Shown piece by piece: positions 1 through 11,900 of a stretch of DNA of 64,000 bases. Numbering within the stretch: the first letter of the stretch is position 1; each line of letters opens with the position of its first letter. Made by a program: the position numbers and the translations under genes. Source of the stretch: Lama glama (Eukaryota); NCBI GenBank assembly GCA_028534125.1, contig CM052816.1:64730001-64794000 (forward strand), read 5' to 3'. The notes below the pieces were generated by a model. It did no database searches. It was not told the DNA's origin and saw only the letters and a program-made list of their open reading frames with translations.

Positions 1-129
1 GCTAAGTCGGTTTCGCCATCTTTCTCTTCCTACCACCTCCGCCTAGGAAGGCTGTGTGCTTTGGCAGGCAAGCGTAGACAAGTCCTGCTGAACACTGAAC
101 ATGTGCTCTGGAACATAATAACTGCGATC

Positions 130-255
130 AGAAACAAATTACTTAACCTCTCTTCAGTTTCTTCATCTGTGATATAAAGACAACCCTTTCCAAGGGTTGG
201 TATGAAGATTAAGGAGATAACGTGAATGAAAGGCATAGCACAAGACTGACTCAGG
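130..255 (+). mobile_element. MIR
   Basis: ttacttaacctctcttcagtttcttcatctgt...gaagattaaggagataa core. Confidence 0.75.
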
Positions 256-1299
256 GCCCTGGTAATGGGCACTGTTGTTCTCTTGGATAACATGGGTAGC
301 AGCTGGCCCTACTCCCTTGACTCGGGAGACAGAGGCAACGATTGATTTCAAATGGGCTTAGTTGCGCTGCCGGTGGTGTGCTAGGTCAGCTCCCTTTCTT
401 TCTTCAGGAAAACTCCCTGCAAATCTCCGCATAGGATCTGTTACTACTGCTTTGGTTCTTGATTGGTTCTGCAAGATAACTGCTGAGGTCTGATGAGAAA
501 GTTGATTGTCATTTGTGGTTTTGCTTCTTCTTTAGGAATTTTGGCTTACACTTTAACCCACCCATTTCATAGATTTGCCTGCTCTGTCAACTCATCATTA
601 AAAGTGTATTCTTTTCAAAAGCAACAACTTTTAAAATGTTAATTAAAACAGCTTTTTTAGCTGTAAAAATCCCTGATAATGAGGATTCCAGGTTGGCACG
701 GGTTGATTTGGGCAACTGAGAAAAAAGTCTTTCCGACCTTTGTTAGAAAAGTTGCTTGGCAGAACTTGTGGCCGCCTTGTTTGTGGTTAATTTATGAAAG
801 CAAAGGAACTGCTTTCATCTGCGACACACAGTGGCAAAGTTCCCACAGCAGTAATTGTTTGACCTTACAGATCTCATACATAGTGGTCACGAGGGAGACG
901 TTGGTATTTTGTTTTACTTGTTTGTGTTTTATGGTGATTTTATGATTGTTTCAGCGCTTTTATCCGAGAGCTGAGTCTCTAAGATAAATAAATGTGATAC
1001 ACTTGCCCTTAGGGATATTCATTATTGAGCCTCAGTCTGTTTGGTTTTATTTGCCTCCTCTCTTTACAAATTCTTATACCCTCTACAACTAGACTACTGG
1101 TCTTTTAACAAGAACTCTCTGAAATTTCCAATTCCCATTTCTGGTTAGTAGAAAAAACGTGATAGGTATAAAACCAACAGTTGATGACTTTTTAGGATAA
1201 AAGGGAGGGAAGAGGACAGGTGGGAAATAGCTTGTTGGGAAAAAGAGACAGAGAGATTTTAACATTTGAGTGTAGTAGGGAGTGGGGGCGGTGAATTTG

Positions 1300-2280
1300 A
1301 GTGGGGAGGTGGAATCAGATAAGGGCATTGAGAATTTGGGACTTGATGTGATTTGTAATGGGGAGTCATTGTAGGTTCTTGAGAAGGAGGGAAAAATGAT
1401 AAAAGTGGTATTTTAGGATCTTTTTTCTGGTAATAATGTTAACCCTAAGCATGAATTTAAAGGCAGTAAGAGCAGAGGCAGGAGTTGTCCCAGCCCAGTT
1501 GCAGTAATACAAGGAGGGTGAAGTGGGGTTCTAGTTGTTAACATGAAAATGGTGGAGAAAAGTTGCATCTAAGAAAAATCAAAGTAATTTGTTAACAGTT
1601 TGCAAGTTAGAGGTAAAAGAGCAGAGTCAAAGATGAGTCCAGTGTTATGTTTTTATTCATTATTTTATTATTTTAGTTTGGCAGAGGGGAGAGGTAATTA
1701 GGGTTGTTTATTTTTAGAGGAGGTACTGGGGATTGAACCCAGGACCTCATGCATGCTAAGCATGTGCTCTACCACTGAGCTATACCCTCCCTTGAGTCTA
1801 GTATTTTAGATCAGGAGGAAAATCAAGCTTTTAACATCGGTGTATATATTGGATAAAGAAACCAACTGGTAGAAGGTAGAAGCTGGGTAAGATGAGTTCC
1901 TTTTGAGATTAGTTAGGTTTCCTGGGACAGTGGAATAACCAAGTTGTAATGTTTATGGGCAGTTGGGAATAGTGGCCTCTGACATGCATGAAAGGTTAGA
2001 GTTCAGAGTGTAGATTTGGGAGTCATTGTCATAGGAGTAAGAGTAAATAGGTAACAAGAAAAGAAAATGCCATGGATTGAGGGGAGAAAGCCCCAGTGCA
2101 GGAGTATGAAGAAAGGGACCGGTGGAAAGGCATGAGGCCAGTAAGAAAGTGCTGTATTCTGAAAGCCAAGGTCAGAGCTTCAGGAAGGAAGGAGAGGTCT
2201 GCTATATGGGACAACAGGGAAATCAGGGTAGATAAGAACTCAGGAAAAGCTTTTGGGTTTCACAAAAGGGAGATCTCTAA
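1300..2280 (-). mobile_element. L2 fragment (hosts SINE copy 1)
   Basis: gtaatggggagtcattgtaggtt...gatgagttcc...tagatttgggagtcatt, purine-rich L2 motifs. Confidence 0.65.
1647..1791 (-). mobile_element. tRNA-Ala-derived SINE (Vic-1-like), copy 1
   Basis: Reverse strand reads GGGAGGGTATAGCTCAGTGGTAGAGCACATGCTTAGCATGCATGAGGTCCTGGGTTCAATCCCCAGTACCTCC plus an A-rich tail. Degenerate TSD tgagtccagtgtt / tgagtctagtatt. Confidence 0.9.
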
Positions 2281-5147
2281 CCTTTGTGTATGCTCCAGTG
2301 AGAAAGGACACATTTAACCAAGGGCGATGGTTGTCCAAGAACAGTCACACAATCCATCAAGCACCCTTTAGAGACATGAGGGTCCAGAATCCCCACCATG
2401 ATGAATCACAGTATGTCAGATCTACTCAACAACAGTCTCTCTCTCTTATCTCATTATCATAAGCCTTTTCCTCATTCTTTCCCCTGAGATTGGCAGCTCG
2501 TCTGCTCCAGCCTGGCCAGGGCTTCTTGCTGTTGTTACTGGTGTACCAACGCAGGCCACAACCAGTTAAACTTTTTCCTATCACACACATGTTTTATGAT
2601 GAAAATTAAATGTATACAAATAGTAAATTTGGCTCTCTATTATCCAACTTATTGAGGATCCTTTTGTGACTTTTGCTCTTCCTTTTTCCCCTTAAGATAA
2701 GTTTTTATTGTTTATATTTCTGAGTTTTCCTTTTTCCTAGGCTTGTCTTAGACTAAGATTGAATTAGATAGAGAAGCATTCTCGGAAGAGTATAAAGAAG
2801 GGGAGCTAGGGTCATTAGGTCAGTCGTGGCCAGAAAAGGACTTTGCAGAGTTAACGAAAAGAGGTTGCATTGTTACTGTTCTCAAACTCATAGCTCAGCC
2901 TTCCAAGAAGTCCATGAATGATGTTTGAGTGAGAGATATAAGATCAACACACTTCATAAAAGTATGATTCAAGGTTGTATTGCTCAATTTTTTTTTTGAG
3001 GAATCACAAACTCTGTAGCTCAGATGACAAGTTGGAAGAAATCCAATGAATATTGCCTCTATCTAAGGTGGGAAATAAATAAAAGAGTAAAGGTGAAATC
3101 TTTTGTCATTTCAGTGGTGTGGCTGCGTTTTTATATTATGATGGGTTATCTGGGATACTGAACTCTCTCCGAAAAAAGCTCCAGGTGACAAAAAAAGGTA
3201 GTGCTCCTGTATCTCTAACTATGTGGCTATCAGACACTTGGAATTTGTTAGATGATAAGGATCTCTATAGTAAGTTACTCTGAAAAGATACTATATGGCC
3301 TTATTTACCCTGAAGATCTTAAAACTTATTTATGCCGAAACGTTTCTCATGTACTTTATTGCACTTAAAAAAACCTTTGATATATGCTTAACTTATGTTT
3401 GGTTAAATTAGTAATATATAGTAACGGAAGGGTAAGGAAACATTTTTATGTGCAACTTGACAATGAACTCATAAAGACTTTGCAATACCTGTATCTTTCC
3501 ATTTACTGTCCAAAAGGAAAACACATCAAATTTCCAGGGAACTCATGTTAGTAATATAGCAAGGAGGACCTGCAGCAGTACTGAATTTTGGTACCTTTTG
3601 TATTTTGTACTTTGGCTCAAAGTTGAAGGCCAAATGAAGAGAAAGGTTGAGCTACCCAGGCCCTAATTTCTCAGTTTCTGATCTTTATTCTTGGTATTCC
3701 ATTATTCATTAGCCTACTTAACAAAATATAGTGGGAGCGAGAAAGAGAAAACTCAAGTTGGTCCTGTTGCTTATCAGGAGTCAAGTGAACTACTTTAGAA
3801 AGACTCTAAAGTCAGTAAAGAGAAACACCTAAAGTGCCCAGTACAGAATTAGCTTTAAAAGCTAACTTAACGATACTAGCTTCTATACTATACTATACAA
3901 TACATAATATTAAAAATATATAATATAATGCTATATTCTAATTTAAATATATCATGTCTTCCTTTAACCCATGTGGATTTCATTAAATGGTCATAATTCA
4001 AATGAATAAAATTCAACTGATCTTATTTCTAGAGTTAAAAAAAAAAGTACAGCTGACCTTTTATAAAAACACATTCCTCAAGTTTTTCAGAATCCAATCC
4101 CATGAAAGGAAGTCTTTTGAGAAGATCAAGGACAGCCTCTCTGTAAAAGGCAGAAAACACGAGTAAATCCATTTAAACTCCAAGTAATTGAGAAGTTCAC
4201 CTTGTCTTGTGAGTTATTTACGGATAAATATGCCTTACTTGCTGATGCTTTGACTTAATTTGAAGCTGAAAAAATTGGACCTTCCTGCTAGCCAGTGAAG
4301 CAAAATATGGACATCAGCTCTGATCATTCACTTTATTGACTGATTGATTAACACCATGGTTATTTATTTCTTGCCTCACCTCCCCTGGTTTAGTTCTATA
4401 TGAGATTTAAATTTGCACATGATACCCCCGCACACACCTTATCCCACAAGAACTTACAAGAGTTTTAAGTGATGCACATGTCTACAAATAAAATTAAATG
4501 GAGTTATGATGACTACCAAATATAGAGGTACAGGTGCAAGCAGAAGTGAGAACCAAAGTAATTAACAACCAGTATAGCATGAATGTCCAGCCTACCAGAT
4601 AGAACGCCAGTCATGAAAAACTGATCTGGTTGTCCCAATGCACAGGAACAACATATCAGTACTGGTTACATGTAATGTACCATAGGATTGCGTGTGATTT
4701 GGATAATTCTATAACTAGTTCAGCTAAGTAATAATAAATGATATTGGCTAATCTATCATCAGTTTTGGACAAAACAATATTTCTATCATGAATTCTTCAT
4801 AGACTCTGTTTAAGCAGAAGTTTAGATAAGCAGTAGACAATAGCTAAACAGCAGGCTTAGAAAAACTAGAATGCGTGAAAGGCCTTGAATGAACGAATGA
4901 ATGAACTCACCTTCTCTCTTCCCCTTCAGCATGGGACTCTAATGTCAGTGTCCTCACGCATGAATGTGAAATGAGGGTGTGTGTTAAGTATTAGTACATA
5001 GCAGAGAGACGGGCCCAGGGGTACTGCCCCAGGCTGGACCATCTTGTTTCTTGTTGTTTTGACCCCAAACATCTTCCTTCATACTGTAAGAAGTGCTTTA
5101 TTTCATTTTCTTAAGTACTTAAAACACTTAAAAATTCATTTGTGTGA

Positions 5148-5276
5148 GCAATGTTTCTCTAAGTGTGGTTGAAGGACCACCAGAATGAGATTGCTTGCGG
5201 GGGAGGCCCTGGAAATATGCCTTTTCAGCAAGTGTCTTAGCAAAGTCTAATGCACATTAAAGTTTAAAAGTTACTC
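5148..5276. mobile_element. MER5-like MITE, internally deleted
   Basis: caatgtttctctaagtgtggt...tctaatgcacattaaagttt. Confidence 0.6.
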
Positions 5277-5515
5277 TCTTGTTCTAAATAGTGATGAAAT
5301 TCTTTTCTTTCCAGTATATTTCTTTTCCTTCTGTTTTTTAAACATGAGTGTTCACTGAGATGCTGCCCTTTATCATGTTTCCTCCTACATTATTTATCAC
5401 AGAAATTTATTCTGCTCCCATGATATCACCTCTCTTTATTTATGCTCAATGAGAACCTTAATCCTGAGCTCTGATTCTGGGTGTCTCTCCAAGTTGGCTG
5501 AACATTTTCACTTAT

Positions 5516-5765
5516 TGTATTAGTTTGCTAGTCCTGCTGTAACAAAGTTCCACAAACTAGGTGGTTTAAATAACAGACATTTATTGTCACACAGTTCTGA
5601 AGCTTCGAAATTCAAAAGCAAGGGGTTGGCAGGGCTGGACCCTTCTGCAGGCTGTGACAGAAGGATCTGTTCCAGGCCTTTCTCCTGAAAAAGTCACCCT
5701 CTAAATTCCTAGAGGTTGAGATTCTAACATACGAATTTTCAGGTGTCACAGTTCAATGCATAACA
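5516..5765 (-). mobile_element. MLT1 (MaLR) solo LTR, internally deleted
   Basis: TGtattagtttgctag...ctgtaacaaagttccacaaactaggtggtttaaa...atttattgtcacacagttctg...ataaCA. Flanks cttat / cttga. Confidence 0.85.
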
Positions 5766-6376
5766 CTTGATTATTCATTTCATGCCACAGATATTTTCTG
5801 CTTCATGCCAGGCATTGGTCTAGGCACTTGGGAACACAAAGATAGTTTGCCTCAGTCTCTTCCCTCTTGTTGAGTGGAAAGATAAGATTTAATCAACAGA
5901 CATTTTCACTACTGTGTAGTGAGTGTTATCATAGATGGGACAAATTGTTATGAGAATGCCTTAGTGAAACACCTGGGCCTGACTGATAAAATCAGAGATG
6001 ACACCTCCGAGGAAGCGAAGCTTTGGCTAGATTCTTCCCAACAGGATGCAATCTCCACGTTGCTGTTTTCCCTGCTTCTAAACCACTGCCTCAGTCACCC
6101 AGCCCTAGACTCTACCGCCCAGATAATCTTTCCAAGCACCACTTTGATTAAGGCATTTCCTGATTGGGAAACCTGTAATGCCTTCTCATTGTCAACAGAA
6201 CTAAGTCCAAAAAGATTCTTTAGCCTGGCTTTTGGTTCATCCACAGTCAAGTACCAACACTAGAATCTACCTTTCCTGTCTTGATCTTTCTACTATTCCC
6301 CTCCTTCACTCTGTCCATTGCCAAAATGGACTCAACAAACATTCTGGAAACACACTTGGAGCTTTTCTATAATTTT

Positions 6377-6524
6377 GCTTTTTGTTGTTGTTGTTGTTTG
6401 GGGGGGCAGTAATTAGGTCTATTTATGTATTTAATTTAATGTTTTGCAGTGGAGGCACTGGGGATTGAACCCAGGACTTCGTGCATGCTAAGCACATACT
6501 CTGCCACTGAGCTATACCATCCCC
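6377..6524 (-). mobile_element. tRNA-Ala-derived SINE (Vic-1-like), copy 2
   Basis: Same tRNA-Ala head with A/B boxes, cctaattac segment and (CAA)n tail. TSD-like tctataattttg / tctatacttttg. Confidence 0.9.
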
Positions 6525-8782
6525 TCTCTATACTTTTGTGAAAGCAGGAGTTTTGTTTTGTTTTCTATTATATCACTGGCACCTGAAACAGTGCTTGATG
6601 TATAACAGACACTGAAAAATATTGGTTGAATAAGCAAATGAATGATTCCCTCCCTGGGAGATCCCTCTGCTTGTGATGTATGCCTCTCTTCTCTCCCAGG
6701 CGCACACGTTTTTGCCTGTTGAGTTCTTGTATTCAAGGCTCAGCTCACACGCCCTCCTCCGCTGTTGCCTTTCTTCCCATCACTTGTCCCTGGCCTGAAC
6801 CTTCATTCCTAGAGGCTGTATTCTGCGTGACCTGTTTGCGTGGCTCTGCACTCTGCTTTTAGGTATCTATATAGGCATTTATTTCTCCTGCCAAATTGAA
6901 AGTTGTTTGAATTCAGGAACCAATAACGTTGTATCCTGTACAGCACTTCCTTGCACAACAACAGATGCTCAAAAATTACTTTTAGTTTGAAGAGAAAATG
7001 CATGACAGGAGCATTGCTTTCATTTGAATAAAAGGTAGAGTAGGTGGCCTAAGGGATGGAGAATTTGGTCTCACCCCCTCGCCGTGCCTCGTTTTTCTGA
7101 GTTTGCACTTTAAAATTAATTCAGCAGACATTTATTGGGGACCTACCAGTTTTACTCAAGGCGTTGTACTAGGACTTGGCTTACAAATAGGTATGAAACT
7201 GCTCTTAAGATATTTATCACTTTTGACAGAAAAAGGAGTCCCATTGATCTTGGTGGTCACTTTAGTCTGTTAGTCTAGAGGGTCATAGATATGTAGTATT
7301 ACATTTTCCAGAAGCATCTAATCTGTACAATTTTTCAGATGCTTTTCTCTTCTTAGACTTACTGAATTTTCTGGAATCCTTCCACATGTTGAGGCTGCCT
7401 GAGGACACGTCCCCGTCTTCATCCTCCTGTCTGCTGCTGCCTGGCCCTGAGTTCTGCACCTGCTGGTGATTTGAACAGGTCCTTTATTTCCCCTAAAAGT
7501 TCTCTGGCTCTTCTCTAAGTTGGCCTTGTCTCTCCAATGATAGAATGCTGCATTGGGACCGGAGACTTGACAAGGATACTGATTGCTCTGCTTAGCCTGG
7601 GAAGCCGTTTTTTTCCATAAAAGTAGTAGTAAGCACAATACATAGTGCGTTTAGCATTTTGCTGAAGGTTTTTCTTATGTGAGTTGTATTTCCTTGTGGG
7701 GCCTGTTGTTAATATCACAGGTTTCTAACAAGCTGTCATATTAACACGCTGAGGTTGTTAAGTGAACATCTAAACTGTCTCTGTCTCCTTGTGCATACTC
7801 ATGAGTCAGGATTATGGGGCAGAGCTAAAACAGGAAAAAAACCTAATGTATGTAATAATGTATATAATGTGTGCATGTATATAAAGTGTAACTTAAACCA
7901 GTCTGGTGGGTCATGCATATATAGTACTAGATTTTCCAGTGGCATCTCATTTTCATAGGTCCCTCTATCAATGGAAGGCAGAGATATGAAAATCAAGATG
8001 AAATAATGGAATCATAAGGAAAGCAGGGGATGGTAAAATATTTGTTCTGAGCTTTTCTTGACATGGAAATTACTACTCTTAAAGTTGACTGAAGGACAGG
8101 CTTAAGTCTATTCATATAGAAAGAGTGTTAATATGTACTCCTATGTCATTGTCATTGAGGGTAGGAAACACCCACTTTACTTAAACATGCTGTACACCAG
8201 TTGGAACAATGTTAAGTTTATGAAAGTGGTAATAAGAATTACAATGGTGAGTCCAGCTCTATGCTGTCTGTGTTTATGGACTTGTAATGTGTTATCCATA
8301 TCATCAAACAGACTGTGGCACAAGATAATTCCAAATAGACATGAAAATTCTCTACAAAGTCTTATGTGATGCTGTAAAACATGCCTAACTTATTAATCAT
8401 GTTTTGTTTAAACGAAATGTTTTGGGTTTTTTAAATTTGTTTCTCTTGGTGGCATATAATAATAGGTACTCTATATAAATTAAATTGAAAAATTAAGCTC
8501 CAGCAGGTTGCACAGGTTGACTGTTAATAAATATATCTCTAGGTAATTGTGCCCCAAGACTAGCTCATGACCACCCTCTCTCGTCCAGAGAACTATACAA
8601 AAGTAAATACAGGCTTGGAGGGGTGGAAGGGAGAACACTGCCAGTTCCATGCTGTAAGTTCTCACTCACACCATCCACCCGTGCCCTGTTTCTCTCCACT
8701 GGTTTCACCACAGGGAGCCCCACGCTAACTGGACAGCTCAGAGACAGGAAGGCCTCTCTCCAGTCGAGCCTTCTCAGAAGCA

Positions 8783-9005
8783 AAGGGGATTAACAGACAC
8801 ACAGTACTATATATAAAATAGATGAACAACAGTACTTACTTCATAGCACAGGGAACTACATTCAATTTCTTGTAATAACATATAATGGGAAAGAATCTGA
8901 AAAGAAAGTATATATATGCATATATATGTATAACTGAATCACTCTGCTGGACACCTGAGACTAACATTGTAAATCAACTACACTTCAATAAAAAATTTTA
9001 AAAAA
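8783..9005 (+). mobile_element. L1 3' end, 5'-truncated (cetartiodactyl-type 3' UTR)
   Basis: gggattaacagacac...tatataaaatagatgaacaac...cattgtaaatcaactacacttcaataaaaa. It is the reverse complement of the 3' ends at 9515 and 43255. Confidence 0.85.
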
Positions 9006-9504
9006 TCAATAATAAAACAGATGGCCACGTACCTACCACCTAACTTAAGCAATAATTCCTTTTCTTAAAAAGCTATTTTTTGTGATTCTTAAAAAAAAAG
9101 AAAAATCAAGATTAGTTTATCCTGAGCACACATCACTAGGATGAGCAGAGAGTAGCACTTAGATGGATGGGCTGGCTCGCTGTCAGAGCTTCAGTCATAT
9201 TTGAAATGTCACTGCATAGTGAGCTCTTCAAGTCACAATTAAACCAGACAGTGTTTCTCAAAGCTAACCCTCTTTCTTCCTTCTGGGCTAACCACTCTTC
9301 TCTCTTTTTCAGGCATCTCCTTCCTTCCTGAAGCTGTGTGCTTCCCCATGTGTGCAGGGTGGGGTTAAATGCAATACCAGTTACCCTACAGAAAGCCACT
9401 GCAGGCCCAGTCCTCTTTCAGTGGTTGGTTTAAATATTGGCATGTGAACAATCCTGGGAGGAGGTATTTAAGGGGCTTCTGGGAACACTGGGGAAGTTTT
9501 GTGG

Positions 9505-9968
9505 TTTTTTTTGTACTTAAAAAAATTTACTGAAGTACAGTGATGAATAATGTTTCAGGTATAAAGCAAAGTAACTCAGTTGTGTATGTATATGTATATA
9601 TATTCTTTTTCAGATTCTTTCTCATTATAGGTATTACAAGATATTGAATTTAATTCTCTGTGCTGTACAGTAGTCCTTTGTTGTTTATCTGTTTTATATT
9701 GGTAGTGTGTTTCTGTTAATCTCAAATTCCTAATTTATTCCCCCACCTTTCCCCTTTGGTAACTATAAGTTTGTGTTGTATGTCTGTGAGTCTATTTTTA
9801 TTTTGTAAATAAGTTTATTTACATCATTTTTTTAGATTCCACAAATAAGTGATATCATATGACATTTGTTTTTCTATGTCTGACTTAATTAACTTAGTAT
9901 GATAATCTCCAGATTCATCCATGTTGCTGCAAATGGCATCATTCTTTTTAATGGTTGAGTAATATTCC

Positions 9969-10028
<60 letters not shown>

Positions 10029-11900
10029 TATATTCTTTATCCATTCATCTGTTGATAGACATTTAGGTTGCTTCCATGTCTTACCCATTGTAAATAGTGC
10101 TGCTATGAACATTGGAATGCATGCATCTTTTTGAATTTGAATTTTTATCTTTTCCAGGTATATTCCCAGGAGTAGGATTGATGGATCATATGTAATTCTA
10201 ATTTTATTTTTTTAAGGAACCTCCATACTGTTCATAGTAGCTGCACCAATTTACATTCCCACCAACAGTGTAGGAGGGTTCCCTTTTCTCCACACCCTCT
10301 CCAGCATTTATTTTTTGTAGACTCTTTGATGATGGCCATTCTTTCTGATGTAATGTGATACCTCATTGTAGTTTTGATTTGCATTTCTCTACTAATTAGC
10401 AATGTTGAGCATCTTTACATGTGTCTGTTGGCTATTTGTATGTCTTCTTTGGAGAATTGGCTTGTTTAGGTCTTCTGTCCATTTTTTTATTGGATTGTTT
10501 TATTGGTTTTTTTTTTTTTTTTGCTATTGAGCTCTATAAACTGTTTGTATATTTTGGAAATTAATCCCTTGTTGGTCACATTGTTTGCAAATATTTTCTC
10601 CCATTCTGTAGGTTGTCTTTTTGTTTTGTCTATGGTTTCCTTTGCTGTGCAAAAGTTTTTAAGTTTAATTAGATCCCATTTGTTTATTTTTGCTTTTGTT
10701 TCCATTATTGTAGGAGGCAGATCCAAAAAAATATTGCTGCAATTTATGTCAGAGAGTGTTCTGCCTGTGTTTTCCTCTTAGGGTTTTATAGTATCTGATC
10801 TTAGATTTAGGTTTTTAATCCATTTTGAGTTTATTTTTGTATATGGTGTTCTAATTTTATTAGAGAGAGAGAATGTTCTAATTTTATTCTTTTACATGTA
10901 ACTGCCCAGTGTTCTCAGCACTACTTACTTAAGAGAATGTCTTTTCTGCATTGTGTATTCTTGCCACTTTTATCATAGATTGATCGACCATAAGTGCATG
11001 GGTTTATTTCTGGGCTGTCTGTCCTGTTCCTTTGATTCATATGTCTATTTTTTTTCTGCCAGTACCATACTATTTTGATTACTGTAGCTTTGTAGTATAG
11101 TCTGAAGTCAGGGAGTGTGATTCCTTCAGTTCTGTTCTTTCTCAAGATTGTTTTGGCTGTTTGGGGTCTTTTGTATTTCCATACAAATTTAAAAATTTTT
11201 TTTGTTCCAGTTCTGTGGAAAATGCCATTTGTAATTTGATAGGGATTGCACTGAATCTGTAGATAACCTTAGCTAGTTTGGTCATTTTAACAATATTGAT
11301 TCTTCTAATCCAAGAACACAGTATATCTTTCCATCTGTTGGTATTGCCTTCAGTTTCTTTCGTTAGTGTCTTACAGTTTTTGGAGTTCAGGTCTTTTGCC
11401 TCCTTAGGTAGGTTTATTTCTAGGTATTTTATTCTTTGTGATGTGACAGTAAATGGGTTGTTTCCTTAATTTCTCTTTCTGACATTTTACTGTTAGTGTG
11501 TAGAAATGCAGCAGATTTCTGTATATTAACTTTGTATCCTGCAACTTTACTAAATTCATTGATGAACTCTAATAGTTTTCTGGTGGTGTCTTTAGGATTT
11601 TCTATGTATAGTATCATGTGATCTGCAAACAGTGACAGATTTACTTCTTTCTTTCCAATTTGGATTCCTTTTATTTCTTTTTCTTCTCTGATTGCTGTGG
11701 CTAGGAATTCCAAAACTATATTGAATAAAAGTGGTGAGAGTGTGTGTCTTGTCTTGTTCCTGATCTTAGAGAAAATGCTTTCATCTTTTCACCATTGAGT
11801 ATGGTGTTAGCTATGGGTTTGTTATATATGGCCTTTATTATGTTCAGGAGTATTCCCTCGATGCCCAGTTTCTGAAGAGTTTTTATCATAAATGTTTGTT
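9505..11900 (-). mobile_element. L1 fragment, ~2.4 kb (ORF2 C-terminal part and 3' UTR), disrupted
   Basis: Minus-strand ORFs give L1 ORF2 peptides: [33 protein letters not shown] (RT), [17 protein letters not shown] and KINKWDLIKLKNFCTAKETI. Frameshifts and stops are present. Confidence 0.96.
9971..10028. repeat. Compound microsatellite (TA)17(CA)12 inside L1
   Basis: Read directly from the sequence. Confidence 0.95.

Noticed and set aside
10487..11713. Functional reverse transcriptase gene
   Set aside because: Only fragments of L1 ORF2 in different frames are present. It is 5'-truncated, and the FADD motif reads FADH.
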